Source: Coprobacillaceae bacterium (GTDB lineage Bacteria; Bacillota_I; Bacilli_A; Erysipelotrichales; Coprobacillaceae). From it: a DNA stretch of 32,000 nucleotides. A program made the position numbers and the translations under genes. The DNA is taken from positions 2,310,001-2,342,000 of the forward strand of contig OY780959.1 of assembly GCA_963675915.1 (NCBI GenBank), in the 5' to 3' direction. Positions 1 through 10,305 of the stretch are shown here, piece after piece. Under the pieces are notes generated by a model. The model made no database searches. It worked only from the letters and a program-made list of their open reading frames with translations, and was not told the origin of the DNA. The stretch's first letter is position 1. Each line of letters opens with the position of its first letter.

Positions 1-590
1 TGGGACCATCAGGTTCGGGAAAAAGTACGCTCCTGAATGTTATCAGTGGTTTGGACTCGATAACTTCAGGAAAGATTTTCTTTGAAAATGAACTGATTTC
101 CACATACAAGGAAAAACAGCTGACTCAATTCAGACGCAAAAATCTTGGTTTCATTTTTCAACAGTACAATTTGCTGCAGACACTTGATGTCAAGGATAAT
201 GTCAAGATTGGAAGTGAAATCGCCAGTGAACCGCTAGATGTCGATGAAACTCTTGAAGCAGTGGGCTTGAGTGCGATGGCGGGAAAATTTCCTTATCAGC
301 TTTCAGGCGGGGAACAGCAGCGGGTGTCAGTAGCCAGGTCGGTAGTCAAGAATCCTAAAATCATGCTTTGTGATGAACCGACAGGAGCGCTGGATCAGAC
401 TACCGGACAGCAGGTGCTGGAATTGCTCGAGCGTCTCAATACTGAATACAAGATGACCCTTATGATAATCACTCACAATCCCAATATTGCCCAGATGGCT
501 GATCGAGTGATCAAAATGAATTCGGGAAGAATAACTGCGATAGAAAAAAATGTGCATAAACGAAAGGCCGGCGATATCGAATGGGCGTAA
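1..590 (+). CDS. ABC transporter ATP-binding protein (MacB/LolD-like), 5' end cut by window edge
   Basis: Frame open from nt 3. Walker [10 protein letters not shown] (nt 3-29), Q-loop FIFQQYNL, signature LSGGEQQR, Walker [14 protein letters not shown]-loop ITHN. TAA stop at 588-590 overlaps the next gene's ATG (581). Confidence 0.92.
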   Translation, partial: GPSGSGKSTLLNVISGLDSITSGKIFFENELISTYKEKQLTQFRRKNLGFIFQQYNLLQTLDVKDNVKIGSEIASEPLDVDETLEAVGLSAMAGKFPYQLSGGEQQRVSVARSVVKNPKIMLCDEPTGALDQTTGQQVLELLERLNTEYKMTLMIITHNPNIAQMADRVIKMNSGRITAIEKNVHKRKAGDIEWA

Positions 591-2947
591 AAGTACTTTT
601 CAAAAACGTTGTCAAACTGTTCGGTAATAAAAAATTCCAGTTGTTGGCGATATCGGTGATCATTTTCTTGTCATCGTTGATTTATACAACTATGTTTCTG
701 GCGACTGAATCGCTTGGTGACGCCATTGGTGACATTCAGTCCAATTACAATCTCGAGGACTTTTCAATTGATAGCTATGATGTCCTCTATCCTGAGGAAC
801 TTTCATTGATCGACAGCGGGCTGCCGGAAAACTTCGATTATTCTCTTGAGGCGCTGTACCATCTTGATCAGAAATCTTTTGACCGGGTAGTCGCAGCGAG
901 GATGAAAAAATTCGAGGATGAATTTTCCAATAGTGATTATGATTTGATGGTTCGGGAATATCAGGATGTTCTTTTCGAAGGGAATCACACCTTTAGAGTC
1001 TATAAGAATTCCGATACGATCAACCGGACTTATCTCGAACAGGGAGTTCTTCCCTCAGATGATGATGAAATTGGGATCAATGAAATTTACGCCAAGAAGA
1101 ATAATTTGACAATCGGTGATAGAATCGAGATTAATGACAAGGAATATGAAATCACCGCATTTATTCTTTTTCCGGATTATAATCTCCCGATTACCAACAA
1201 CCAGTTCATTATCGACAGTTCCAAAAACGGGGTGGCCCTGGTGATAGATGAAGAATTTGATGATCTTGAGGGAAGATTCGGTTTTTACATCTCCGGAATT
1301 TATTCCGGGGCGACAACCAAGAATGATTTTGAAACAAATGTCGTCGATGAATTTGATCTGGACGATGTTCCCGGTCTGACTGCTATAACCTTGACTGAAA
1401 ACCAAACTCGTTCCGGGGCTATTTATGAAGAAATTGCCGGGGGACAGGTCATGACTCTGACAATTGCTCTCAACATTTCCCTGATTGCGGTAATTGTGGT
1501 GGCGATCATAACTTACCGAATCCTCATAAGCCAAAAATCCCAGTTGGGACTCCTTAAATCTTTGGGATACCGAAACAGCGAGATTGCTTTGCCATATTTG
1601 ATTCTTGTGGCAATAATTTCACTTCCGATGCTCCTGGTGGGGCACCTGGTCGGTAACTTTGCAGGATACTATATGAAATTGATGTATTTGGATTTCTACA
1701 TGTTGCCCAATACTCCAATTAGCGGTGACCTTTCGGTCATGGTGACTTCGATAGCTGTTCCATTTGTCTTTATTTCCGGTTTGTCATATCTTGTGATTTA
1801 TCGGATGCTTAATAAAAAGGCACTTGATCTGCTCCGTCCGCATTCATCTAATAAAGTGAACTTTATCACCCGATTGGTGACAAGAGTTCTTGCCAATGCC
1901 AAAGCGAGCATCAAATTCAAATACAGTTATTTGACTCAAAGTTTTGGTAAACTGGCAGTTTTTATTATCGGCCTTTTCTTTGTGTCCTGCTTGCTGATCA
2001 TCTCGACAACGTTTGTCGGGTTTGTTGAAAAAAGCACCACCGACTATTATCAATCGAAAGATTATCGTTATGAAGCTTACCTTGATTTCACTAAGGCGAT
2101 TCCAAAGGTTGAACCGGGAAGTGAAAAATTCATTGATGCCCAGGCCCTCCTTTTCGAAAGTCAAGTCGCAATCAAGGGGATCGCAGCTGACAATGAGTTG
2201 TTCCGTCTCTATGACCGTTCTGGCAATGAAGTTACAACAAAAGTCACTACGGGAGTAGTAGTTAATCGGGCGCTGGCAACTGAATACGACCTTAAAGTCG
2301 ATCAGGAAATCGAATTGGAAATCCAAAACGAGATCTACCACAGCAAGATTAGTGCGATAGCCGGAAATTACTATGCTCCGACGTTGTATATGGAAATAGG
2401 GACTCTCTCCGAGGCGATAGTGGGCAATGAAAGTCTGTTTACCGGGGTCTACTCCAAAACTACGCTTGATCAAAACCAGTATCAGGTCGTAGTGGCCAAA
2501 GATGAAATCATCGAGCAAGCCTCGAACATGCAGGGGTTCATGACAGTGGCTATCTATTCAATGATTATTTCGGCGGTTGTTATTGCTGTCTTGATTCTCT
2601 ATATTCTTACTTCTCTGACAGTTGAAGAGAACTATTATTCGATTTCTCTGCTCAAGGTGATTGGCTACGACCGCAAAGAACTGCGGGCGATGGTGCTTAG
2701 AAGTTACCTGGTCTACTGTATCGGGATATATCTCATCACCATCCCGGTGGCTGTGACGATGATAAATCTGATGGTTGAGTACATGGTCAAGGAATTCAAT
2801 ATGTACATGCCTTTCGAATTCAATCCGCTGCTAACGGCAGCAGGTTTGTTGCTGATGGTTGTGATCTATTTGCTGGGAACATTCAATGCGGCACGTAAAA
2901 TCCGCCAGGTTCCCCTTCAGGAAGTCCTGAAGGCTTATCAGGAATAA
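581..2947 (+). CDS. FtsX/MacB-type ABC transporter permease, internally duplicated (two 4-TM modules, each with a large extracytoplasmic loop)
   Basis: 788 aa, 10-nt overlap with the upstream ATPase gene. Hydrophobic segments by eye at about aa 20-42, 290-315, 335-360, 385-410, 455-485, 650-680, 705-730 and 750-775, with about 250-aa and 165-aa hydrophilic loops after the first helix of each half. Confidence 0.85.
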   Translation: MGVKVLFKNVVKLFGNKKFQLLAISVIIFLSSLIYTTMFLATESLGDAIGDIQSNYNLEDFSIDSYDVLYPEELSLIDSGLPENFDYSLEALYHLDQKSFDRVVAARMKKFEDEFSNSDYDLMVREYQDVLFEGNHTFRVYKNSDTINRTYLEQGVLPSDDDEIGINEIYAKKNNLTIGDRIEINDKEYEITAFILFPDYNLPITNNQFIIDSSKNGVALVIDEEFDDLEGRFGFYISGIYSGATTKNDFETNVVDEFDLDDVPGLTAITLTENQTRSGAIYEEIAGGQVMTLTIALNISLIAVIVVAIITYRILISQKSQLGLLKSLGYRNSEIALPYLILVAIISLPMLLVGHLVGNFAGYYMKLMYLDFYMLPNTPISGDLSVMVTSIAVPFVFISGLSYLVIYRMLNKKALDLLRPHSSNKVNFITRLVTRVLANAKASIKFKYSYLTQSFGKLAVFIIGLFFVSCLLIISTTFVGFVEKSTTDYYQSKDYRYEAYLDFTKAIPKVEPGSEKFIDAQALLFESQVAIKGIAADNELFRLYDRSGNEVTTKVTTGVVVNRALATEYDLKVDQEIELEIQNEIYHSKISAIAGNYYAPTLYMEIGTLSEAIVGNESLFTGVYSKTTLDQNQYQVVVAKDEIIEQASNMQGFMTVAIYSMIISAVVIAVLILYILTSLTVEENYYSISLLKVIGYDRKELRAMVLRSYLVYCIGIYLITIPVAVTMINLMVEYMVKEFNMYMPFEFNPLLTAAGLLLMVVIYLLGTFNAARKIRQVPLQEVLKAYQE

Positions 2948-2957
2948 TAATCTATCA

Positions 2958-2989
2958 AACATCAGCCCTTGTCCGGGTTGGTGTTTTTT
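2958..2989 (+). terminator. Rho-independent terminator of the ABC operon
   Basis: AACATCAGCCC (2958-2968) pairs with GGGTTGGTGTT (2975-2985): 11 bp including 2 G-U pairs, with a 6-nt loop. The stem runs into a T-tract (2984-2989). Confidence 0.6.
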
Positions 2990-3118
2990 GGTAAAAAAAT
3001 CAGGGCTAGCAAGGCGGGTAGGAGACTGGTTGAGCAAGGGCGAGACTGTTCTGAAAGATTATCGAAGTGATAAAATTTTATCGAAATCATCGCCGTTTTT
3101 TGCCAGAACCAACTATTG

Positions 3119-3177
3119 AAAAAAATATTAAAAAAAAACAAAAAAAACCTTGCAATACCTATATATTTTGTTATAAT
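3119..3177 (+). promoter_or_regulatory. Sigma-A promoter of the S10-spc-alpha operon with UP-element-like A-tracts
   Basis: -35 TTGCAA (3150-3155), 16-nt spacer, extended -10 TGtTATAAT (3169-3177). Three A7-A8 tracts (3119-3125, 3131-3138, 3140-3147) lie directly upstream of the -35. Confidence 0.75.
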
Positions 3178-3305
3178 ACGGATGTTGACGTTGCGAAGAT
3201 GTGCGAGGTTGCTGAAACACCGGAAGGCGTTGTCATGTACTCGTTGATTTCAGGTAATTCGCATGGAGCAAGTCTATTAACTAAATAGGCGAAAGGAGAA
3301 AAATC

Positions 3306-3614
3306 ATGGCAAACAACAAAATTAGAATCAAATTAAAAGCATTTGATCACAAAATCCTAGATACTTCAGCGGAGAAAATCATTTCTTCAGCGAAAAATTC
3401 AGGTGCTCAAGTAGTAGGTCCTGTACCTCTTCCTACTGAAAGGGAAGTTTATACTATCTTAAGAGCTGTTCACAAATACAAAGACTCTCGTGAACAATTC
3501 GAAATCAGAACTCATAAGAGATTAATTGACATTGTGAACCCTACACCAGAAACAGTTGATGTTCTAACTCGTTTAGAATTACCAAGTGGTGTAGACATCG
3601 AAATCAAATTATAG
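3306..3614 (+). CDS. rpsJ: 30S ribosomal protein S10
   Basis: 102 aa, [30 protein letters not shown] upstream. First gene of the canonical S10 operon order. Confidence 0.98.
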   Translation: MANNKIRIKLKAFDHKILDTSAEKIISSAKNSGAQVVGPVPLPTEREVYTILRAVHKYKDSREQFEIRTHKRLIDIVNPTPETVDVLTRLELPSGVDIEIKL

Positions 3615-3633
3615 AAAGGCAAAGGTGTAACTC

Positions 3634-4341
3634 ATGAAAGGAATCTTAGGTCGTAAGATCGGAATGACTCAAGTCTTCAATGAAGAAGGAATCTTAATTC
3701 CAGTTACTGTTGTAGAAGCTGCTGCAAACGTAGTACTGCAAAAGAAAACAGTAGCAACTGACGGATACGACGCTATCCAAGTTGGTTTTGAAGATAAAAG
3801 AGAAAAACTAGCAAACAAAGCTGAAAAAGGAATTGTCAGCAAAGCAAACACTGCTCCTAAGCGCTTCATCAAAGAATTTCGTTATGACGAAATGATGAGT
3901 TATGAAGTTGGAGATAAAATTACTGTTGATAGCTTCGTAGCAGGTGAAGTCGTTGATGTTCAAGGAACTTCAAAAGGTAAAGGTTATCAAGGTGTTATTA
4001 AAAGACATGGCCAAAAAATTGGTCCAAAAGGACATGGTTCAGGTGCTCACCGTATAGTTGGTTCAATGGGACCAATCGCTCCTAACCGTATCGCTCCTGG
4101 TAAAAAATTACCTGGACAAATGGGACATGTTACAAAAACTATCCAAAACTTAGAGGTAGTTGCAGTTGATACAGAAAACAACTTATTATTAATCAGTGGT
4201 TCTGTACCAGGACCTAAAAAAGGTTTAGTTGTTGTAAAATCTGCTATCAAAGGAAATGGAAAAATTAACGAAGCTCAAGCTTTAGTTGACTATACTCCTG
4301 CAGTTGAAGAAAATACAGAAGCTACTGAAGCTGCAGAATAA
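3634..4341 (+). CDS. rplC: 50S ribosomal protein L3
   Basis: 235 aa, [15 protein letters not shown] and [13 protein letters not shown] motifs. Acidic C-terminal tail. Confidence 0.98.
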   Translation: MKGILGRKIGMTQVFNEEGILIPVTVVEAAANVVLQKKTVATDGYDAIQVGFEDKREKLANKAEKGIVSKANTAPKRFIKEFRYDEMMSYEVGDKITVDSFVAGEVVDVQGTSKGKGYQGVIKRHGQKIGPKGHGSGAHRIVGSMGPIAPNRIAPGKKLPGQMGHVTKTIQNLEVVAVDTENNLLLISGSVPGPKKGLVVVKSAIKGNGKINEAQALVDYTPAVEENTEATEAAE

Positions 4342-4358
4342 TAGAAAGGAGATATACA

Positions 4359-4979
4359 ATGCAAGTTAAGGTATTAAACCAACAAGGTGCTGAAGTTAAA
4401 GATTTAGAATTGAACGATTCAATCTTTGATATCGAACCAAATAACCAAGCAATCTTCGATATGGTATTATTGCAAAGAGCTTCTTTAAGACAAGGAACTC
4501 ACAAAGTTAAAAACCGTACAGAAGTTGCCGGTGGTGGAAGAAAACCATGGCGTCAAAAAGGAACTGGACGTGCTCGTCAAGGGTCAACTCGTTCTCCACA
4601 ATGGCGTGGTGGTGGTGTTGTATTTGGTCCAACACCAAGATCATATAAATTTAAATTAAACCGTAAAGTTAGAAGATTAGCTTTAAAATCTGCTTTATCT
4701 ACTAAAGTTAAAGATAATGAATTTATGGTAATTGATGGAATTTCATTTGAAGCTCCTAAAACTAAAGAAATGGTAAAAGTTTTAGAAAACTTACAAGCTC
4801 CTGCAAAAACATTATTAGTTGTTGATGAAATCGACACAAATGTTGCAAGATCTGCAAATAACATTCCAGGATTAAAAATCTTAGATGCAAAACGTGTAAA
4901 CGTTTATGACATCTTAAACAGCAATAAATTAATCATGACTGAAGCGGCAATCAAATCAGTTGAGGAGGTACTTGGATAA
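4359..4979 (+). CDS. rplD: 50S ribosomal protein L4
   Basis: 206 aa, [19 protein letters not shown] motif. GAAAGGAG RBS. Confidence 0.98.
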   Translation: MQVKVLNQQGAEVKDLELNDSIFDIEPNNQAIFDMVLLQRASLRQGTHKVKNRTEVAGGGRKPWRQKGTGRARQGSTRSPQWRGGGVVFGPTPRSYKFKLNRKVRRLALKSALSTKVKDNEFMVIDGISFEAPKTKEMVKVLENLQAPAKTLLVVDEIDTNVARSANNIPGLKILDAKRVNVYDILNSNKLIMTEAAIKSVEEVLG

Positions 4980-5266
4980 TGGCACATATTACTGACGTAT
5001 TGAAAAAACCAGTACTTACTGAAAGAACAATGAAACTTATGGCTGAGGAAAACAAATATACATTCGACGTAGAATTGACTGCTAACAAAACTGAAATCAA
5101 ACAAGCGGTTGAAAAAATGTTCGATGTAAAAGTTGACAAAGTTAATGTAATGAACGTTAGAGCTAAAAAGAAAAGATTGGGACGTTACGTAGGTAAAACT
5201 AACCGTCGTCGTAAAGCAATCGTTAAATTAGCTAAAGATAACGAAATCAATTTCTTCGGAGAATAA
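4979..5266 (+). CDS. rplW: 50S ribosomal protein L23
   Basis: 95 aa. ATG overlaps the rplD stop (ATAATG). Position and sequence are typical of L23. Confidence 0.97.
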   Translation: MAHITDVLKKPVLTERTMKLMAEENKYTFDVELTANKTEIKQAVEKMFDVKVDKVNVMNVRAKKKRLGRYVGKTNRRRKAIVKLAKDNEINFFGE

Positions 5267-5323
5267 TCCAAGAGTAATATTGGAATAACTCATTCCAGAT
5301 AATTAAAGAGGAGGAACTAGAGA

Positions 5324-6157
5324 ATGGCAATTAAAGTATATAAGCCAATAACAAATGGTCGTCGTAACATGACTTCATTAACATATGAAGAAATTACAAC
5401 AAACAAACCAGAAAAATCTTTAGTTGTAAGCTTATCTAAAAAAGGTGGGCGTAATAACCAAGGTGTTATTACAACAAGACATCACGGTGGAGGACACAAA
5501 CGTAAATATCGTCTTATCGATTTCAAACGTAACAAAGATGGAATCCCAGGAAAAGTTGCAACTATCGAATACGATCCAAATAGATCAGCAAACATCGCAT
5601 TAATTAACTATGCAGATGGTGAAAAAAGATATATCTTAGCACCTAAAGGATTAAAAGTTGGAGATTCAATCATCTCTGGTGAAGAAGCGGATATCTTAAC
5701 AGGTAACGCAATGCCACTTAAAAACATCCCTGAAGGTACTGTAATCCACAATATCGAATTACAACCTGGAAAAGGTGGACAAATCGCTCGTTCAGCTGGT
5801 GTGTCTGCACAGATCTTAGGTAAAGAAGACAAATACGTAATCGTAAGATTAGCTTCTGGTGAAGTACGTAAAATCTTGGCTGTATGTCGTGCAACAATCG
5901 GAACGGTTGGAAACGAAGATTACGGTCTTGTAAATATCGGAAAAGCTGGACGTAACAGATGGAAAGGTATCCGTCCTACTGTACGTGGTTCTGTAATGAA
6001 CCCTAATGACCATCCACACGGTGGTGGGGAAGGTAGAACTTCTATCGGACGTAAAGCACCTATGACTCCTTGGGGTAAAAAAGCAATGGGTGTTAAAACT
6101 CGTAATTCTAAAAAAGCATCTAACAAATTAATCGTTAGACGTCGTAACAGCAAATAA
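5324..6157 (+). CDS. rplB: 50S ribosomal protein L2
   Basis: 277 aa, GGGHKRKYR and [13 protein letters not shown] motifs. GAGGAGG RBS. Confidence 0.98.
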   Translation: MAIKVYKPITNGRRNMTSLTYEEITTNKPEKSLVVSLSKKGGRNNQGVITTRHHGGGHKRKYRLIDFKRNKDGIPGKVATIEYDPNRSANIALINYADGEKRYILAPKGLKVGDSIISGEEADILTGNAMPLKNIPEGTVIHNIELQPGKGGQIARSAGVSAQILGKEDKYVIVRLASGEVRKILAVCRATIGTVGNEDYGLVNIGKAGRNRWKGIRPTVRGSVMNPNDHPHGGGEGRTSIGRKAPMTPWGKKAMGVKTRNSKKASNKLIVRRRNSK

Positions 6158-6175
6158 TAGAGGAGGAAGAAAATA

Positions 6176-6451
6176 ATGGCACGTAGCTTAAAAAAAGGAC
6201 CATTCGTCGATGAACATTTAATGAAAAAAGTTGAAGCATTAAATGCGGCTGGTAAAAAAGAAGTGATCAAAACTTGGTCAAGACGTTCAACAATCTTCCC
6301 TGCATTTATCGAACATACTTTCGCAGTTTACAACGGAAAAGAACATATCCCTGTTTTCGTAAGCGAAGATATGGTAGGACATAAATTAGGAGAATTCGCT
6401 CCTACAAGAACTTACCATGGTCATGATGCTGACAAATCAGGAAAGAAATAA
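6176..6451 (+). CDS. rpsS: 30S ribosomal protein S19
   Basis: 91 aa, [10 protein letters not shown] and [11 protein letters not shown]. Confidence 0.98.
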   Translation: MARSLKKGPFVDEHLMKKVEALNAAGKKEVIKTWSRRSTIFPAFIEHTFAVYNGKEHIPVFVSEDMVGHKLGEFAPTRTYHGHDADKSGKK

Positions 6452-6472
6452 TCAGAGAGGAGAATTTAATAC

Positions 6473-6805
6473 ATGGAAGCAAAAGCAACAGCTAAAATGA
6501 TTCGTGTTTCGCCTCAAAAAGCTCGTTTGGTAGTTGACTTAGTAAGAGGTAAGGATGTTAAAGAAGCGCTTGGTATTTTAGAATATACTAACAAAAAAGC
6601 GACTCCTGCACTCATTAAAGTTATCAAATCAGCTGCAGCCAATGTTGTAAACAATGATGGTGCAGACGAAGCAAAATTATATATTAAAGAAATTTATGTA
6701 GACGAAGGTCCAACATTAAAAAGATTCGCTACAATGGCAAAAGGTAGTGGAACAAGAATTTTAAAAAGAACAAGCCACATCACTGCTGTGGTTGCTGAAA
6801 GATAG
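6473..6805 (+). CDS. rplV: 50S ribosomal protein L22
   Basis: 110 aa, AKATAKMIRVSPQKARLV. Confidence 0.97.
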   Translation: MEAKATAKMIRVSPQKARLVVDLVRGKDVKEALGILEYTNKKATPALIKVIKSAAANVVNNDGADEAKLYIKEIYVDEGPTLKRFATMAKGSGTRILKRTSHITAVVAER

Positions 6806-6816
6806 GAGGTTGACAT

Positions 6817-7470
6817 ATGGGTCAAAAAGTAAGTCCAGTTGGGTTACGCGTTGGTGTTAACCGTGATTGGGATTCTAGATGGTATGCCAACGATCAAGAA
6901 TTCGCAACTTTATTACACGAAGATATCAAAATCCGTGCTTATATTTTAGATAAATTAAAAAGAGCTGGGGTAGCTCGCGTTGAGATCGAAAGATCTAAAA
7001 AACGTGTTACTATCATCGTTCACACTTCAAGACCAGGTGTTGTAATTGGTAAAGGTGGAGAAGCTGTAGATGCTCTTCGTAAAGAAGTTACTAAATTGGT
7101 TGACGGGAAACAAGTTTTCATCAATATCGTTGAAATCAAAAATCCTGACATCAATGCACAATTAGTTGCAAATGATATTGCAGCTCAATTAGAAAACCGT
7201 GCTTCATTCAGAACTGTACAAAAACGTTCAATTCAACGTGCAATGAGAGCTGGAGCTAAAGGAATTAAAACAAACGTTTCAGGTCGCTTAGGTGGAGCTG
7301 ATATGGCTCGTTCTGAAGGTTATAGTGAAGGAAATGTACCTTTACATACTTTAAGAGCAGACATCGATTACGCTACTGCTGAAGCAGATACAACTTACGG
7401 AAAATTAGGAGTTAAAGTTTGGATCTGTAAAGGCGAAATCCTTCCTGAAAAGAAAAAGGAGGCAAAATAA
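6817..7470 (+). CDS. rpsC: 30S ribosomal protein S3
   Basis: 217 aa, [15 protein letters not shown]-domain GKGG. Confidence 0.98.
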   Translation: MGQKVSPVGLRVGVNRDWDSRWYANDQEFATLLHEDIKIRAYILDKLKRAGVARVEIERSKKRVTIIVHTSRPGVVIGKGGEAVDALRKEVTKLVDGKQVFINIVEIKNPDINAQLVANDIAAQLENRASFRTVQKRSIQRAMRAGAKGIKTNVSGRLGGADMARSEGYSEGNVPLHTLRADIDYATAEADTTYGKLGVKVWICKGEILPEKKKEAK

Positions 7471-7472
7471 TC

Positions 7473-7883
7473 ATGTTAATGCCTAAAAGAACAAAATATA
7501 GAAGACCACATAGAGTTAAATATGAAGGTAAAGCAAAAGGCGGAACTAAAGTATCTTTCGGTGAGTTCGGTTTAGTAGCTCAAGAAGGTGCTTGGATTAC
7601 TTCACGTCAAATCGAAGCTGCTCGTATTGCCATCAATCGTTATATGAGACGTGGTGGTAAAGTTTGGATTCGTATCTTCCCACATTTAGCGAAAACTAAA
7701 AAACCACTTGAAGTACGTATGGGATCTGGTAAAGGTTCACCTGAAGAATGGGTAGCCGTAGTAAAACAAGGTCGTGTAATGTTCGAAGTAGCTGGTGTAG
7801 AAGAAGAAGTTGCTAGAGAAGCTTTAAGACTTGCCTCTCATAAATTACCTGTGAAATGTAAAATCATTGGAAAGGGTGAATAA
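7473..7883 (+). CDS. rplP: 50S ribosomal protein L16
   Basis: 136 aa, [11 protein letters not shown]. Confidence 0.98.
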   Translation: MLMPKRTKYRRPHRVKYEGKAKGGTKVSFGEFGLVAQEGAWITSRQIEAARIAINRYMRRGGKVWIRIFPHLAKTKKPLEVRMGSGKGSPEEWVAVVKQGRVMFEVAGVEEEVAREALRLASHKLPVKCKIIGKGE

Positions 7884-7885
7884 TT

Positions 7886-8080
7886 ATGACAGTACAAGAA
7901 ATCAGAGAGTTAGACAATGCTCAACTTCAAGCTAAAGTTGAAGAATTCAAAACTGAATTATTCGGTTTAAGATTCCAACAAGCTACAGGGCAATTGGAAA
8001 ATACAGCACGTATCAAAGAAGTTCGTAAATCTATCGCTAGAATTAAAACGATCATCACAGAAAGAGAACTTCAAGGTTAA
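7886..8080 (+). CDS. rpmC: 50S ribosomal protein L29
   Basis: 64 aa, [16 protein letters not shown]. Confidence 0.97.
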   Translation: MTVQEIRELDNAQLQAKVEEFKTELFGLRFQQATGQLENTARIKEVRKSIARIKTIITERELQG

Positions 8081-8094
8081 TTAAGGAGATACAA

Positions 8095-8355
8095 ATGGAA
8101 AGAAAAGCAAGAAAAGTTTATACTGGAACTGTTGTATCTACTAAAATGGATAAAACTATTACAGTGCTAGTTGAAACTCACGTAAAACATAAATTATACA
8201 GTAAACGTGTTAAACGTTCTACTAAATTCAAAGCACATGATGAAAACAACGTTGCTAACGTAGGTGATACAGTTAAAATCATGGCAACAAGACCTTTATC
8301 TGCAACAAAACGTTTCCGTCTAGTTGAAATCGTTAAAAAAGCAGATATCGTATAA
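8095..8355 (+). CDS. rpsQ: 30S ribosomal protein S17
   Basis: 86 aa, [14 protein letters not shown] and position in the operon. Confidence 0.97.
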   Translation: MERKARKVYTGTVVSTKMDKTITVLVETHVKHKLYSKRVKRSTKFKAHDENNVANVGDTVKIMATRPLSATKRFRLVEIVKKADIV

Positions 8356-8383
8356 CATACTCTAGAAAAAGGAGGTAACCTAA

Positions 8384-8752
8384 ATGATTCAAAATGAAAG
8401 TAGACTTAAGGTAGCTGATAATACTGGTGCTAAAGAAGTATTGGTAATCCGTAACTTAGGTGGTTCAAATAGAAAAACAAGTAACATCGGTGATGTTATC
8501 GTTTGTACCGTTAAACAAGCCATCCCTGGTGGTTCTGTTAAAAAAGGTGAAGTAGTAAAAGCTGTTATCGTAAGAACAAAATATGGTGTAGGACGTCCTA
8601 ACGGATCATTCATCAAATTCGATGATAACGCATGTGTAATTATCAAAGATGACAAGTCTCCAAAAGGAACTCGTATCTTTGGACCAGTAGCTAGAGAGTT
8701 AAGAGATGCTGACTTTATGAAAATCGTATCTTTGGCTCCGGAAGTATTATAA
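8384..8752 (+). CDS. rplN: 50S ribosomal protein L14
   Basis: 122 aa, [18 protein letters not shown]. Confidence 0.98.
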   Translation: MIQNESRLKVADNTGAKEVLVIRNLGGSNRKTSNIGDVIVCTVKQAIPGGSVKKGEVVKAVIVRTKYGVGRPNGSFIKFDDNACVIIKDDKSPKGTRIFGPVARELRDADFMKIVSLAPEVL

Positions 8753-8761
8753 TAGGAGGAC

Positions 8762-9085
8762 ATGACATTGAAAATCCGCGTAGGTGATACTGTCGAAGTA
8801 ATCGCAGGTAATGACAAAGGTCAACAAGGTGAAGTGTTACAAGTTCTTGCAAAAGACAATCGTGTAATCGTTGAAGGTGTAAACATGGTAACTAAACATG
8901 TTAAACCATCACAAGCAGATCCTGAAGGTGGTATTATTACAAGAGAAGCTCCTATTAATGTTTCTAATGTAGCATACTACGATAAAAAAGCAAAAAAACC
9001 GGTTAAATTAGGTTACAAAGTAACTGAAGAAAACGGTAAAAGAGTAAAAGTTCGTGTTAATAAAGCAACAGGAACAGAAATTTAA
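8762..9085 (+). CDS. rplX: 50S ribosomal protein L24
   Basis: 107 aa, KOW motif [18 protein letters not shown]. Confidence 0.97.
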   Translation: MTLKIRVGDTVEVIAGNDKGQQGEVLQVLAKDNRVIVEGVNMVTKHVKPSQADPEGGIITREAPINVSNVAYYDKKAKKPVKLGYKVTEENGKRVKVRVNKATGTEI

Positions 9086-9108
9086 GATTGTTGGAAGGAG
9101 GAGCAATA

Positions 9109-9648
9109 ATGAATCGTTTACAAGAACGTTATAATAACGAAGTAATCAAATCATTAATGGAAAAATTCAATTATTCTTCAACAATGCAAGCACCAAAACT
9201 TGAAAAAATCGTTTTAAACGTTGGTGTTGGAGACGCAGTAAATAATTCTAAATTATTAGAAGACGCTGTAGCTGAATTAACATTAATCACTGGACAAAAA
9301 CCAGTAATCACAAAAGCTAAGAAATCAATCGCAGGTTTCAAATTACGTGAAGGTGCACCTATCGGATGCAAAGTTACTTTACGTGCAGAAAAAATGTTCG
9401 AATTCTTAGATAAATTAGTAAGTGTTTCTTTACCACGTGTAAGAGACTTTAGAGGTGTATCTAACAATTCATTTGATGGAAGAGGAAATTATACTTTAGG
9501 TATTAAAGAACAATTAATCTTCCCTGAAATTGATTTTGATAAAGTAAATAAAATTAGAGGAATGGATATCGTATTCGTAACGACTGCTAAAGATGATGAC
9601 GAAGGTCATGAATTATTAGCACAATTAGGAATGCCTTTCCAAAAATAA
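9109..9648 (+). CDS. rplE: 50S ribosomal protein L5
   Basis: 179 aa from ATG 9109 ([12 protein letters not shown]), preceded by GGAAGGAGGAG. The track's TTG 9088 start lies inside the RBS. Confidence 0.97.
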   Translation: MNRLQERYNNEVIKSLMEKFNYSSTMQAPKLEKIVLNVGVGDAVNNSKLLEDAVAELTLITGQKPVITKAKKSIAGFKLREGAPIGCKVTLRAEKMFEFLDKLVSVSLPRVRDFRGVSNNSFDGRGNYTLGIKEQLIFPEIDFDKVNKIRGMDIVFVTTAKDDDEGHELLAQLGMPFQK

Positions 9649-9666
9649 ACGGAGGTTGTAGACTAA

Positions 9667-9852
9667 ATGGCTAAAACATCAATGAAGGTTAAACAACAAC
9701 GTCCACAAAAATATAAAGTACGTGAATATACACGTTGCGAACGTTGTGGTAGACCACACTCAGTAATTAGAAAATTCAAACTTTGTCGTATTTGTTTCCG
9801 CGAACTAGCGTACAAAGGTGAAATCCCAGGTGTTAAAAAAGCAAGCTGGTAA
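9667..9852 (+). CDS. rpsN: 30S ribosomal protein S14, short zinc-binding (type Z) form
   Basis: 61 aa, CERCGRP and CRIC (CxxC-N-CxxC), ending KASW. Confidence 0.97.
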   Translation: MAKTSMKVKQQRPQKYKVREYTRCERCGRPHSVIRKFKLCRICFRELAYKGEIPGVKKASW

Positions 9853-9889
9853 AAATTAGAAAGAATTCGTGGAAGGAGGATTTTAAGCA

Positions 9890-10285
9890 ATGGTAATGAC
9901 AGATCCAATTGCAGATATGCTAACAAGAATCCGTAATGCGAATAGACAACGTCATGATGATGTAGCTATTCCTTACTCTAAAATGAAAGAACAAATCGCT
10001 GGAATTTTAGTAAATGAAGGGTTCATTAAAGGATATAAAGTTGAAGGCGAAGGTGCCGATAAAAAGATTAATATCGCTTTAAAATATAGAGGTAATGACA
10101 GAGTAATTACTGATTTAAAACGTATTTCTAAACCAGGATTACGTGTTTATGCAAAAGTTAACGAAATTCCTAAAGTATTAAACGGTTTGGGAATCGTTAT
10201 TGTATCAACTTCACAAGGTGTTATCACTGACAAAGAGGCTCGCGCTAAACAAGTTGGTGGAGAAGTCCTTGCATATATTTGGTAA
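9890..10285 (+). CDS. rpsH: 30S ribosomal protein S8
   Basis: 131 aa, [23 protein letters not shown] lies 9 nt upstream. Confidence 0.98.
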   Translation: MVMTDPIADMLTRIRNANRQRHDDVAIPYSKMKEQIAGILVNEGFIKGYKVEGEGADKKINIALKYRGNDRVITDLKRISKPGLRVYAKVNEIPKVLNGLGIVIVSTSQGVITDKEARAKQVGGEVLAYIW

Positions 10286-10305
10286 AAAAAACAGGAGGTT
10301 AAACG

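Noticed and set aside
1844-2518. 224-aa antisense ORF inside the permease gene, and likewise 1055-1534 (-) and 2013-2258 (+)
   Set aside because: All are fully embedded in a well-supported sense CDS, with no RBS or recognisable motifs. They are typical frame shadows.
3067-3288. 73-aa ORF in the gap between the ABC operon and rpsJ
   Set aside because: It spans the A-tract/UP region, the -35 and -10 elements and the leader of the ribosomal operon. It has a GTG start without an RBS and a low-complexity Lys-rich middle encoded by the poly-A tracts. The region is better explained as regulatory DNA.
8389-8817. 142-aa antisense ORF covering rplN, with similar ones opposite rpsE, rplB, rplC, rplD and rplE
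   Set aside because: These are shadows of highly biased ribosomal-protein codon usage. They have no independent signals, and the sense genes are unambiguous.
9088-9108. TTG start at 9088 for rplE
   Set aside because: The extra 7 codons are the Shine-Dalgarno sequence itself (GGAAGGAGGAG). ATG 9109 gives the conserved MNRL-ERY L5 N-terminus.
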